From: Lama glama
Taxonomy: Eukaryota
Reading direction: 5' to 3'
DNA length: 63,608 nucleotides
NCBI GenBank assembly: GCA_028534125.1
Contig: CM052817.1
Coordinates: forward strand, 31,312,001-31,375,608
Below, piece after piece: positions 28,156 to 39,382 of the stretch. The notes under the pieces are model-generated. The model worked only from the letters and a program-made list of their open reading frames with translations. It was not told where the DNA came from and did no database searches. A program made the position numbers and the translations under genes. Numbering within the stretch: the stretch's first letter is position 1; each line of letters opens with the position of its first letter.

Positions 28156-29393
28156 CTAGCAGCAATTAGAAATAAAGGGGAAGGTTACCAAGAAACAGGA
28201 TTATTTTTGTTTCACATATCAAATATGGTTATGCCCATCACCCACAATTAATGAAACAGAAACAAGGTGAAGCTTACTCTACAGTGGGAAGATTAGCTTG
28301 GCATAAGTGCATTAGAAACTAGTGAGGGGTGGATAGTTAAATTACTAGTCTTACTACGTTAAACCATGCTTTAGAAATTTATTAAAGCCCTTGTTTTCCT
28401 GTGATGCTGCAGCTACTGAGAGGGAATAATAGCATAGATCAAGCCAAACTGGCTATTGCACAGACCCCTTCGGCAGGTTACTGGTGGTGGAAGAATGGTA
28501 GTTTTGCCACTACCCCTACTGGGAAACAAAACAATCAGGGACCGCACTGGGAGGGGGAACTGACTTCCTTCTCATCTGTATAGAGAGCAGACTATAACAC
28601 AATCTAATAAAAAGTGCTTGTTCTTAAGTGTGTACGAAGACTTGAGAGCAAAGAAGGCAAAAGAATGGAAGGAAGGAAGGGTCTATATGATCAAATGGAC
28701 ATTTTTTAAAAGTTTCTGGTATCAAGCTTATATTTTTAAGGACTTTTCCTTTTATACAATGTCAGCAAGTTCTAACAGGCACAAATAATGAAACCATTGT
28801 CTGGTAGTTTCCTTTGAGTAAGTTTAGAAAATAATTTTTCTTTAATAACAAGTAAAAAGATAGCTCTGAAAATATCACTCAACCTTACCCTTGTGAAATT
28901 CTAACTCTCAGATGTTTGCTTTAAAAAGAATCTTTCAAATGGCTGGTATTTTGATAGCATTTACACTGCTCTCAAAATTAGGCATGGCTTTTGCAATAAG
29001 ACTGCTTTACTTTGGAGTATTTGCCACACTGTGTTTATTACTCAAAAATATTAGTGAAATTATTAAATTTTTATTTCAATTTTAAAAATTGATGTTAAGA
29101 TCCTAGAAACCCAGTTTTCCTTGGATCTTAAACATGTCCCAGTGGTAAGTTTTTCTCACCAGCGCTTCAGGAAGGAAATTAACCATAACATTCAAAATTC
29201 TTGATGAGAAAACTAAGACTAAGGTTATCACTACTAATTTTACGGAAAGTAGAAAAAATTAAATTCACATTTTATAACAATTTATTTAGTCTTTACACAG
29301 TACCTATTTACTATAAACTTGCAGGAAATTATCCCTGCATCCAAAACCCTTCACATATTTATTCCTAATTTTAATACCAATAAAAACAGTTAC

Positions 29394-29528
29394 CCTTCTT
29401 TCTTATCTTTGCCTTTCTCCTCTTTCTTATCTTCACCTTTCTCCTCTTTCTTCTTCTTGTCTTTGTCCTTTTCTTTCTTCTTTTTCTTCTCTGAGTCCTT
29501 TTTATTTTCATTTTTATCATCTGGCTTG
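29394..29528 (-). CDS. CNGA1: CNGA1 Lys/Glu-rich exon (135 nt), (S)KPDDKNENKKDSEKKKKKEKDKDKKKKEEKGEDKKEEKGKDKKE(G)
   Basis: Within ORF 29390..29599; acceptor ccttttcag, donor GTAACT at 29393. Confidence 0.95.
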
Positions 29529-29616
29529 CTGAAAAGGTGAGAGCTATAGTTAGTAAAACACGAAAATGTTACGGGCAGAAAAAATGTGGGATAGTTCATT
29601 CCAAAGTCTTATTTAC

Positions 29617-29658
29617 CTCTTCTTTTCCTTTTTCTTTTTCTTTTTTTCTTTCGGTTCT
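29617..29658 (-). CDS. CNGA1: CNGA1 mini-exon (42 nt), (Q)EPKEKKKKKKEKK(S)
   Basis: Acceptor ttttttctatag, donor GTAAAT at 29616; 88-nt intron to the next exon. Confidence 0.93.
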
Positions 29659-30010
29659 CTATAGAAAAAACAATATCTCTGTCACATAATCAAGTTACAT
29701 TATGACTTCCATTCTTATTTACTTTCCTTCCCATTGGGTAAGAATTCTGCACTTTGCATTCAAAGATATGTCCCCCGTGCTCAGAGACCAGAAATCTGAT
29801 CTCCTAATACAGAATTCTACAAAAAATGGATATGCACCCAGATAATAAAACAAATGAACAAAAATTCCTGGGAATTAGTGCATGTGGAAAATGGAGGTGG
29901 ATAAAGGCATAAAATTGAAGGAAATTTAAGAAACAACAGTCTCCAGGAGTGCCCTCTCAAAGTCTCAATGCATACCCAAAAATAGTTACTTAAAATTTAA
30001 GCTTCTTGAA

Positions 30011-30135
30011 GGAGGAGGCTATAGCCCAGTGGTGGAGTGCGTGCTTAGCACGCACAAGGTCCTGGGTACAATCCCCAGTACCTCCATTAAAAAATAATAC
30101 ATATATATATTTTTTTTAACCACCCCTACAAAAAG
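30011..30135 (+). mobile_element. Vic-1-like tRNA-Ala SINE
   Basis: tRNA-Ala-like head; TSD tttaagct(t/c)cttga on both sides. Confidence 0.88.
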
Positions 30136-30599
30136 AGTTTAAGCTCCTTGATATCACTTATATTCACACTTGAATAAGAGCTTTGAGAATGTCAAGAAAA
30201 TGCCATCAATTTTCTCTAGAGAAGTAATCCCGGCTGAAGCAGTTTTTTTTTTATGAGACGTCAAAAAGCTCTGTGGTAACACAGTGGAATCCTAATTCTT
30301 AGAATCATTCACTGGATTTGAGGTCACTTTCTTCTAGATACAGTTTCTTCTTGAATAAAGAGTATGTAATTAGAGGCCTCTCCTCGCAGTTGGTTTTCCC
30401 TTTCAGCAGAAAAATGGGTTCTGGAGTCAGACAGACCGACAGTCATAGTAGGTTGCCATTGTTGGCTCAGTTGTCCTGGGAAAATGTATCATTCAGATAT
30501 GAATGAATGGGCATCTCATTGGCACAGAGATAGCCAGAGAAGGCTGCTAAAGGGAAGCAGGTCTAAACCCAGGCCTCAAAGTATGGATACGAGTTGGAG

Positions 30600-33500
30600 A
30601 GGTTAAGAAGAGAAAGGATGTTAAAGGGAGGGAAATTTGTAGGTGCAAATATACAAATGAACTCAGTCTGGGTAGCAATGGCCCAGCAGAAGTGGAGCAC
30701 TGCTACTGAGGAGAAATAGGAGATAAAATTGACAAGGAGATGGGGCTTGGCACCTAAGGTTGTCATGTACAAATAGGAACAAAACATAAAGTTGGATAAG
30801 GTGGAATTGATTGCTATGGGAGCACACTCCTATGATGCAGGATTTAACACCCTAGCATAGATCCTAGGAGGTGGTGCTGATGCACTTCTTGGATGGCTCT
30901 TAGAAGCTCAGAAAAGGTGATGGCTCACACTAAGTGAAATAGAAATTACAAAATGCCATGGCAGATGGTGGAGGAAGGTGTTAGAAAGAGAAGTGGTATA
31001 CTTAACTGGGTATATTAAGGAAAACAGCCCACCAACTGATTACATTTCCTAAGAGGGCTCAGAGGTACAAAGTGATAAGGAATGTGCAGGTGAGAGGGAC
31101 ACCAGCATCGCTGAGAAGCTCATTGGTGTTGTCCTCTGTGGACCAGGGCTGATAGTGAGAGATGCTAAACTGAATACAGAGCTAGATTCCCTGTGAGCAA
31201 CAGACAACAGGATCTAGAAATCACAGAGACCAATGACAGTGCTTACCCATCAGAAGAGAAATGGGTCTGATAATTATAGTTAACAGTAAGGTGAGCATAG
31301 TAGCCAGGGTCTTAACCCACACAGAGCTATGGAAGAGGATAATAGACACTGCATTCCTAGATAGATGGGCATCCCATTGGCTTGTTAGGGTACTGTTTAA
31401 CATATATAATTTTTTTTAAAAAAATCAGGAATGGATGATCAGGAGATTGATGGCAACTTACCCCAGTAAAAAGTCACAACTCCTTAAATAGTTCCTAAAC
31501 CTGAGCTAGTTCTCAGAAACGACACTATTGACTGAAGGAGAAGCCAGGCCCCCATAAAGGACTCTGCAACACTGTGACAAGTATATTCAGTAATAATTTC
31601 CCGTCTTTCCTCCCAAGAAAAACCAACGTTCATTTACTTAGGTAATTGTATCCTGGGGAAAAAAGATTCCCTAGATACAATAAAGATTATTTGGCATAGG
31701 ACCCAAGTCGATATTGAGACCCAGGGATTGAAGCTTCATCATGCCCTCCATTAAAATGGGGGACTTAAGGGTGGCTTGGTAGTAATAGAATCCTGTATGA
31801 TACATGACTTATGAGGCCTCCACAGGGTCTAAGGACACCCCCGCCTTGTGGTCATTTCTCCAGTTCCCCAATGTAGACATTTTCGTAGACATTTTTGGTC
31901 CTCAGTAGAACCCTCATCTCCTCTAGTCCCTTGGCTTGTGGAGTAAGAGCTCACATAGTGGGGAGGACCAAATGGAAGCCGTAAAGCTGCCTCCTACCTG
32001 CTGGCAAAAACTATATTGCATCCTGGACAGGAAAGGAAATGCAATCCTTAAAGACCTAATGCATGCAGGGGTGGTGGTTCCCCATCACATCCCCATTTAA
32101 TTCACTATCTGGCCCCTATTAAAACCAAATGATCCTGGCGGATGGCAGGAGACTACTGCAAAATCAACCAAATAGTAGCCCCAACTGCAGTCGCTGTGGC
32201 AGATGTGAAAGACAACACTCACCCAATCAATACCACATTCCTAAGGTTCTGGGTCAGTCATGGTGAATGTGTTATTTTTCATCACTAACAGGGAAGAGGA
32301 TCAGAAACAGTTCATATTCACACAGGGTGGAAAACAGTACGTACTTGCAATATTTTCCGGGGCTATGTTAACTCTCTGCCTACTGTCATGACATAATTTA
32401 GGGGGACCTGGACCATCTGGACCTTCCTCAAGGTATCACATTGGTCTGCTATACCTCTATCAATGACATCATGTTAGTTGGGCCTTGAAAGAGGATTATC
32501 TAACCATGGGACAGGAAGTGAGCTGGATTCTGTCAGAACTAACAAGTCATAAGGTTGTATAGCAATCTTTCCTATGATGAAGAGGTCTGTCTGGGACTGG
32601 GTAGGTGGCTTGGCACCCTGTCCCCAAGTCATTTACCTCTGTTACATTAAAACTATTCCTCACTCGCCCACTGTGGCCATATATGGGGTTTGTAGGAGCA
32701 GCTGATGGAACATGATCTGCAGATAGACCGGCTTGGCATGTGGATGCAAGCCAAAATGAGCTGTTGTCTACAATACAGCCCTGCTTGGGAGTGGCCTTAA
32801 AAGGCAGTGAGGTTAATCTTACCAATGGCACAGTTTCAAGCAGTGCCCAGTTATCCTCATTGTATGGAAAAATAAATGGTCCAAATTAAGCATATACAAG
32901 AACTCATGGGTAGTCACAATGCCTTGGCTGGTTGGTCAGGGACCTGATGAAAAAATATTGAAAGATCAGGAAAAATGGTTCTGGAGAATAAGCAGACCAA
33001 ATGGACTTGTGAGCATGAGCACAAGGTTTAAAAACCTTTGTATCCTATGTTAATGCCCATCAAATAGCATGTGCCACGGAGGAGTGAAACAACAACAACC
33101 AAGTGGACAGAATGGCTCCAGCATCTGATAAAGCCAGCCTCTGTCACTGGCATCCCCAGTGCCGGCACAGTGTGGATATGAAAGGGGCAATGATGGTGGC
33201 AGTGGTGGAGGCTATCTATGTACAGGCCCAACACGTGAGATCCCATTCACGCTGGTGACTAGGTATGACTCTGAATCAGCACCATTGCCTGAGGAAAGCA
33301 ATCAGTCACTTGATGGCAAGTTAATTACACCGTGGAAGAGGCATCAAATAACCTGGGTTTGAATCAATACATATTATGGATACTAATTTGGATTTGACCA
33401 GTGCCACTATCCAGTGTTGGTTGCTGCCAGTTCACAGTTTCCCTCTCTCTTGGCTTCCCTGGGCTGAAGGAGGCCACCATGCTCAAAGTTATGCCCCCTT

Positions 33501-33777
33501 TCCTAGGGGCAGCCCTCATCCAATGACTGTGCATGGGTACAAAGACCCAGTCCTATTGCCTAATTCTGGGACAACGTGGAAGAGCCATCCCTGCTCCAGA
33601 GCTTCCATGGGATCACAGGGCATGTCAACTCTATTCTCTGAAGTTCAGCTTCTCCGTCTGCCCAGTCTTACTCCCCTAACTCCCTTCTAGGTATTGTTTT
33701 TGACAGAACTCTCAATAATCATCTGCATACAAACCTCCATCTCAAAGACGGTCCCCTGGGGAACTTGACCTAAGACA
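30600..33777 (+). mobile_element. Ancient ERVL-class provirus remnant (degenerate pol) with LTR16-like 3' LTR (~33420-33777)
   Basis: Broken-frame RT motifs SPFNS.IWP, SWRMAGDYCKINQ, QKQF, GYVNS, INDIMLVG (32090-32490); RNase H-like SWVV..LAGWSGT and VNAHQ; ends gaacttgacctaagaca. Confidence 0.8.
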
Positions 33778-34079
33778 CTTGGGCTCAGAATGGGAAGAAT
33801 TAAAAATGATATTTCATTTATTTTATCAACCACCCTAGCTCTAACCACAAGGAGGGGCAATTGCATGTATGTGGTAGACATGGTTTTTCTACACATATTC
33901 AGATATATACATACATATATACATACCACCTTTAACATGGGTAGCCATACTTTTCAGAGATAAATAACCAAATGAAAAAACAATAGAATATCTTTGCCAC
34001 TGTGTAGATTCAGATGTGCTTCTACCCTTTTACGGGTTTTCTTCAAAAACGGTTTGGTTTTCAATTGTCGATGTACTTA

Positions 34080-34169
<90 letters not shown>

Positions 34170-35057
34170 TCACCATAGTCACCATGTGTCCAATGTCCAT
34201 GGTAAGAAACAGTCTTAAAGAACAAATTCTTTTCAGTTTCTACCCATTACTAACTAGTGCCTAGGCAATTTTTTAAAACATAGAGGCTCTGTGAAGCATG
34301 AGTTGCTGAATATCAGTGCCATGAACCAAAGTAATTAGTAGATGCCCGTTAATCAATGCTCACAATACATCACATTAACATCTTCCATGCCCTGAGTGAG
34401 TCATCTTGGATGTGGCTAACTCCCAGCAAAAGATCTAAGACTTAGAAGGGAAAAAAGACAAACAAAAACAGTGGGAAAGCTGAAGGTGGTCAGTGGGAAA
34501 AGAAACAGGAGAGAAAAAAAAAAAAGAGGGAGAAAATCAAAGAAAAAGTAAATATGTTTGATTGGATGGGAACCCCTGATTCATACCCTCAGAGTCACAT
34601 AGCTGAAGGTTCCTTGAGTGCTTCATTCCCTACTGAGGATTTTTAGCCTTTTTCTTCTAGTTGCTCACTCTGGTGCTCTACTTCCCTGAAAGCAGGGTCG
34701 AACACAATAGAGCATTTTAGAGAATGACCGCTAACCCCTCTCACTTACAATTGCTTGGAAGAAGAATCAGAAGGGAAGAGGAAATCAGAAAGGACTGAGG
34801 CATGAGGTTTCTTACAGGACAGACACGGGTCTCAGGGAAAATGTTCAGCAAGAACGTTTATGACTTGGAGCCCCACACACATGGGTTACCATTAGTTTCC
34901 CAAGAGAGCAAAAGGGTAAGAAACAGAAGAAGCAATTTACTCCTGCGATCCTGCCAAGTGGCTTTGCCAAACCCACTAAGTGGAGGAGTAGAACACGATC
35001 TCTTCATCTAAATAATAGTGTAAAAACAGATATGGAGGGGGAGGTCACACTGCTTAC

Positions 35058-35174
35058 CTCTGTGATGGTTGTCCTCTCCTGTGCGTATTACTTCTAAAGG
35101 AATCCCTTGCATGGGGGATTTCGCTCTCTGAGTCTTCAAATATAGACGCACTGTCATCATCATCAGAAAAGGAG
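35058..35174 (-). CDS. CNGA1: CNGA1 exon (117 nt), (S)[38 protein letters not shown](R)
   Basis: Acceptor ctgtag, donor GTAAGC at 35057. Confidence 0.96.
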
Positions 35175-35959
35175 CTACAGTCCAACAGGAGGCAGAGATG
35201 ATTTAGATTAATGTCTTAAACACTTGCTGGGGAATAACATTTCTCATTAGGGGGACTACTGCCTCATCTCTTCTCCTTCCCTCTCAAATGAACACAGACA
35301 ACAATTTTTAATGAGAATGAAATGAGAACTGTGCGAAATACATAGAATTAGACAGAGAATATGCATGATCCAGTAAAATACATATAATTAAGAAACTACT
35401 TTCAAAGTCTTTCATATTTCTATTGTTTGATGCATTGATCGATGTTAATATTTATTCAATAGAAAGTATGATATCTATACTTTAGGTCATATTATACAGT
35501 TTTCTGAACTAACTTGTAATAACATTTCCTTCCATTAAAAATAAATTCAACCACATTTACACAAGTTCTTAACATTTATAGGGTAACCACTTTAAATTAT
35601 GCTTTTAAAACATGTTAGCATTTCAGACTCTATTTTTTTTCACACTTCTCTATGGTAATGTTATTCCTTCAGATGTGAAATGTCCCATGAGGAAAGGTCT
35701 TGCCAGTGACTCAGGAAATAATTGGCTTATGTGCTTCTAAAGAATGACCACAACAATATCTTACATTCGTTAGAAAAGTTATGCTCTTCAAAAGTATACA
35801 TAAATTCACTTAATTACAAAGTTCAAGGTTTCAAATTAAAAGTTAAACTGATGCAATTGCATACCCAGCACCAAAAAAAAAAAAAGGAATTAAACCAAAA
35901 TTCAGCCTAGTTAAATTTAAGAACTGTGTAAAAATACATAGAAAAATGCTTGCATTTAC

Positions 35960-36066
35960 CTGCATGCTCCATTTTCCATCCTTCTTATTTCCTTTTCAAT
36001 ATCTGGTACGATCATATTGGGAATATTTACAAAAGAGTGCCATGTGTTGATAATATTTTTCTTCAT
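35960..36066 (-). CDS. CNGA1: CNGA1 first coding exon (exon starts 36080), [35 protein letters not shown](S)
   Basis: ACCATG start context; acceptor ttctctccag, donor GTAAAT at 35959; the eight exons sum to 2088 nt = 695 aa + stop. Confidence 0.96.
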
Positions 36067-36580
36067 GGTTAGTTTAATATCTGGAGAGAAAAAAAGTCTT
36101 GTAAGTAGTAAGACTTACTATATATTTACTATGTAATCAAAAGTTTCACTCTACCATTCTTCTAAGGCCTTAATAACAATCTTATTCCTGGTTTTATGTA
36201 ATAATTTTTTTTAATAGAATACAGTCACGATCTAAGCCTTTATTACCATTAGCCAGGTTTTTGTATGTTTTTTTTACTATTCAAGAATGTACCAGAAGTG
36301 TAGAGCTCTTTTTCTTTTTTTCAATCTGGATTTACCCCAGCTTTGAAAATTTAGGCAATGTAGGTGTAGAACAAAACTGTAGGGACCTTACCTTCATATA
36401 AACAATTAAGTAACCAAAAAAAAGCAGTAAAATAAAATACCAAAATGCATGTGATCAGTTGAATTACTACAGGCATCCAGAAAAAAAAAAATGGGTCTCG
36501 AGTGGTATTCAAACTTTGAAGTGAATAAAGATGAAACTGATCCACTTTTTAGTAAGTCCCATAAATTTTTCTGATACATA

Positions 36581-37174
36581 TAGTGCTCAGCTTCCCACGT
36601 AACCAGTTCAGGGATCAGGAAAACGCCAAGAACCAACAGATCCTGATCTCCAAGTCCCACCCAGCAGCACATTCAAGCCAGGGTTCACACAGGTGAATGA
36701 GGCACAGGCACACCCGCTTGTCCTCTTCTTTCCCCAGGCTCTGCCAGCGCCGAGGGACAATGCCCCTGCTCTTATGACTACCCCAAGTTCTTCACTTGGT
36801 CTCTGCTGTGCTGCAGTGATATGGCCTGGAACTTTGAGAAGTTCCCGGTGGGCCCAGACAGTGTGCCTGTGCACGGGTACAGCCACTGCTTTCTGACCAT
36901 GGACATGGAGCTGGACATTGATGCCCTGTTGTCCCCAGGGCCCAGTTGTGCCTAGGGCGCGCCCCCTCCTACCACTGCACCCCCACCCCTACCAGTCACA
37001 GCACTGTCCTCTGGGGACTTCATCACCATGGTGTTTCCTCTAAACTTGCATGGAGGAAAGACTTGACGTCCAGGAGACTCCACCTAGCTGGGAACTAAGT
37101 GTCCATATCAGCACCCCCTCTCCCAGACCAAGGCTCCCCACTAATAAAGTGCAGGTGTCAGCAGGAAAACAAAA
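36581..37174 (+). pseudogene. GPX1: GPX1 processed pseudogene, 5'-truncated, frameshifted, with decayed SECIS, AATAAA and A-tail
   Basis: Translates piecewise as VLSFPRNQFRDQENAKNQQIL...AHPL...ALPAP..A.ALMT.P...[41 protein letters not shown] (TAG 36953-36955); no intron at the GPX1 exon junction (36618/36619); AATAAA 37143-37148. Confidence 0.92.
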
Positions 37175-37179
37175 GGAAA

Positions 37180-37646
37180 TGGAGGACAAAAAATTGTTGC
37201 CTGGCACTTCAGTAAACAAAGATGTTGCCTGCCCTTCTGTTAAACAACAAATGAATGTTGCCCGCCATCAATCCATTAGCCACTGCAGCCACCAGGGTAG
37301 GTGGTTCCGAGGGTAGGAAAAATAGAATACTGGCCCTAGATAGTTAAGATGTTATCAAAGGAATAATTTCAATGACCCAAACTGTTGACTCTTCCCATAC
37401 ACAGAAAAGCACTAAAATCATTAACTAGAGATGTCTGGTTTTTGTGATTAGTAGTAATATTTTGATGTTCAACTACATGATTTTTTTCATCAAAAACCCC
37501 TATGTGTCCTGGTTCCTCATTTATCTCTTTGGATCAGTCCCTCAGAGCTATCTGAGAGGCTGCCTTCCTGGGCTACAATCTTCAGTAATGTCCCTGAATA
37601 AAATATAATTCTCAACTTTTAGGTTGTCTATTTTTTTCAGTCGACA
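37180..37646 (+). mobile_element. Solo ERV1-like LTR directly after the GPX1 retrocopy tail
   Basis: AATAAA at ~37597, terminal tcagtcgaca, internal repeat taaacaa...atgttgcc; resembles remembered artiodactyl LTRs. Confidence 0.75.
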
Positions 37647-38702
37647 AAAGCCCAGTATGTGTTCATGGGCTCCAAGAACACTGCCAATGTTTATCAGCTC
37701 TTGTATTGAAGGTCACTTGCCATGGGTCCCTCTGATGAAGACCCAAAGAAGGCAACATGCTGAGAGTATGACCTGGGGTGCTGGACTACTTCAACAGGTC
37801 CCATACTTCCACCTATCCTCCATGGCCACTCATTCATCCATCCCTCCCCTCCCCCTACAAAACACACACCTAGCTTGCACTCCCAGCTTTTATTTTATGC
37901 CTTGGAGATTTTTCCTTTGTTATTTTTCTATCCCTGATCTCTGGGTTTTGGCAGGAAGCTTGTCTTTGTCATGAATAAAATAGTAAAGCAAAAACCAAAA
38001 AAAAAAAAAAAGAGAGAGAGAGAGAGAGAAAGAATATAAGAAGTCATTTGAGGTGGGGAAATGTATAAAACACACTTTGTTCTGTAAAATGTTAAATCTT
38101 CAAGTGAGGATAGCAATAAATAGTGCTCTTTATTTCACCCTAGCATTCAAACGGCTGATGGAAATAATAGCCAGTAGTCAATAAATAGTAAACAGAATTT
38201 TTGTGATGTTTGTTAATAAAAGTGTGCGTATATTTTAAAATATAATTAAAGTACTTTTTAAAGAAACAACCACTTATTAAGAAGAGAATTGTTTCAATGA
38301 CCTCTTTTCAGCATCAGACTGGACATTCTGGTTATATTTACAGCATGCTGACTTGTTATTGTCACCAATGACCACTCTTTCTGAGAGACCTCATGCCTTA
38401 TGATCAGGAAAAGAAGAAAATATGATTACTCTAGCCATTATAACGTAGAAAAATTATGTGAGTAACATTACACAAGGACAGATGACAGTATTATCCAATA
38501 TGTCAGATAGAACCAAGTCTGGGCTTTGCTTGGATCTGAAGGAAAAAAAAAATCACTTTCCTTGTCCCATAATTTCTTGTTGGTCTAAGTGTTCCACACA
38601 GGAAAAAACTTTCTTTATATCACATAATCACTTTCTTAATACATAATCATTCTAGGAAAAAAACAGAAGGTATAAATAGAAAAATAAAGATACTCAAAAT
38701 TC

Positions 38703-38802
38703 NNNNNNNNNNNNNNNNNNNNNNNNNNNNNNNNNNNNNNNNNNNNNNNNNNNNNNNNNNNNNNNNNNNNNNNNNNNNNNNNNNNNNNNNNNNNNNNNNN
38801 NN
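38703..38802. other. Assembly gap (100 N) in the CNGA1 5' intron
   Basis: Run of exactly 100 n; true size unknown. Confidence 1.
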
Positions 38803-39382
38803 AGCTTCTACATATAGATCCTACATGTTTTTTAATCCCTAGATGCTTTGTATTTTCATTTCTATTGTCATTAGGATAGTTTTCCCTTGATATATTCTAA
38901 CTCATTGCTTTTGCTATTTCATAAAATTATTTTTCTTTATTTTGAAACCAGCCACCTTAAATAACCTTTACAAAAATTATTTCTAATAGTTTTTCTGTTA
39001 AACAATTTCTGTTTTCAGTAATACAGTCAGAGTACTTACACAAATTCTTTCCTTTTCTTTTTTAAAGAGGTATCTAGCTTTGATGTCTAGTTGCAATGAC
39101 TGAAACTTCCAGAACATAATAAATAACAGTCTTAATATTGTGATATCAAAACTGTCTTAAGAGATACCTAGTGTGGTTCTTGGCTCTGAGAGTGTTTTTA
39201 GAGTTTCACTCTTAAGCGTAATGCTGCTGTTTGCTCAAGAGAGATGTTTGATTCTGTTCAATAAATCTCCATTTATTCCTATTTTACTATTTTAAAAAAT
39301 TAGAAATTGAAATGAATGTTGATTTTTATTGAGGCTCTCTCACTTTTATAGAAATAATCATATTTTTCCTTAAAATTTTTCC

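Noticed and set aside
29319..29599. Stand-alone Lys-rich and Phe/Ser-rich ORFs
   Set aside because: They are a CNGA1 exon with flanking intron, and its antisense
36406..36896. ORFs 36406..36672, 36608..36886 and 36693..36896 as novel genes
   Set aside because: Alternative or partial frames of the GPX1 pseudogene
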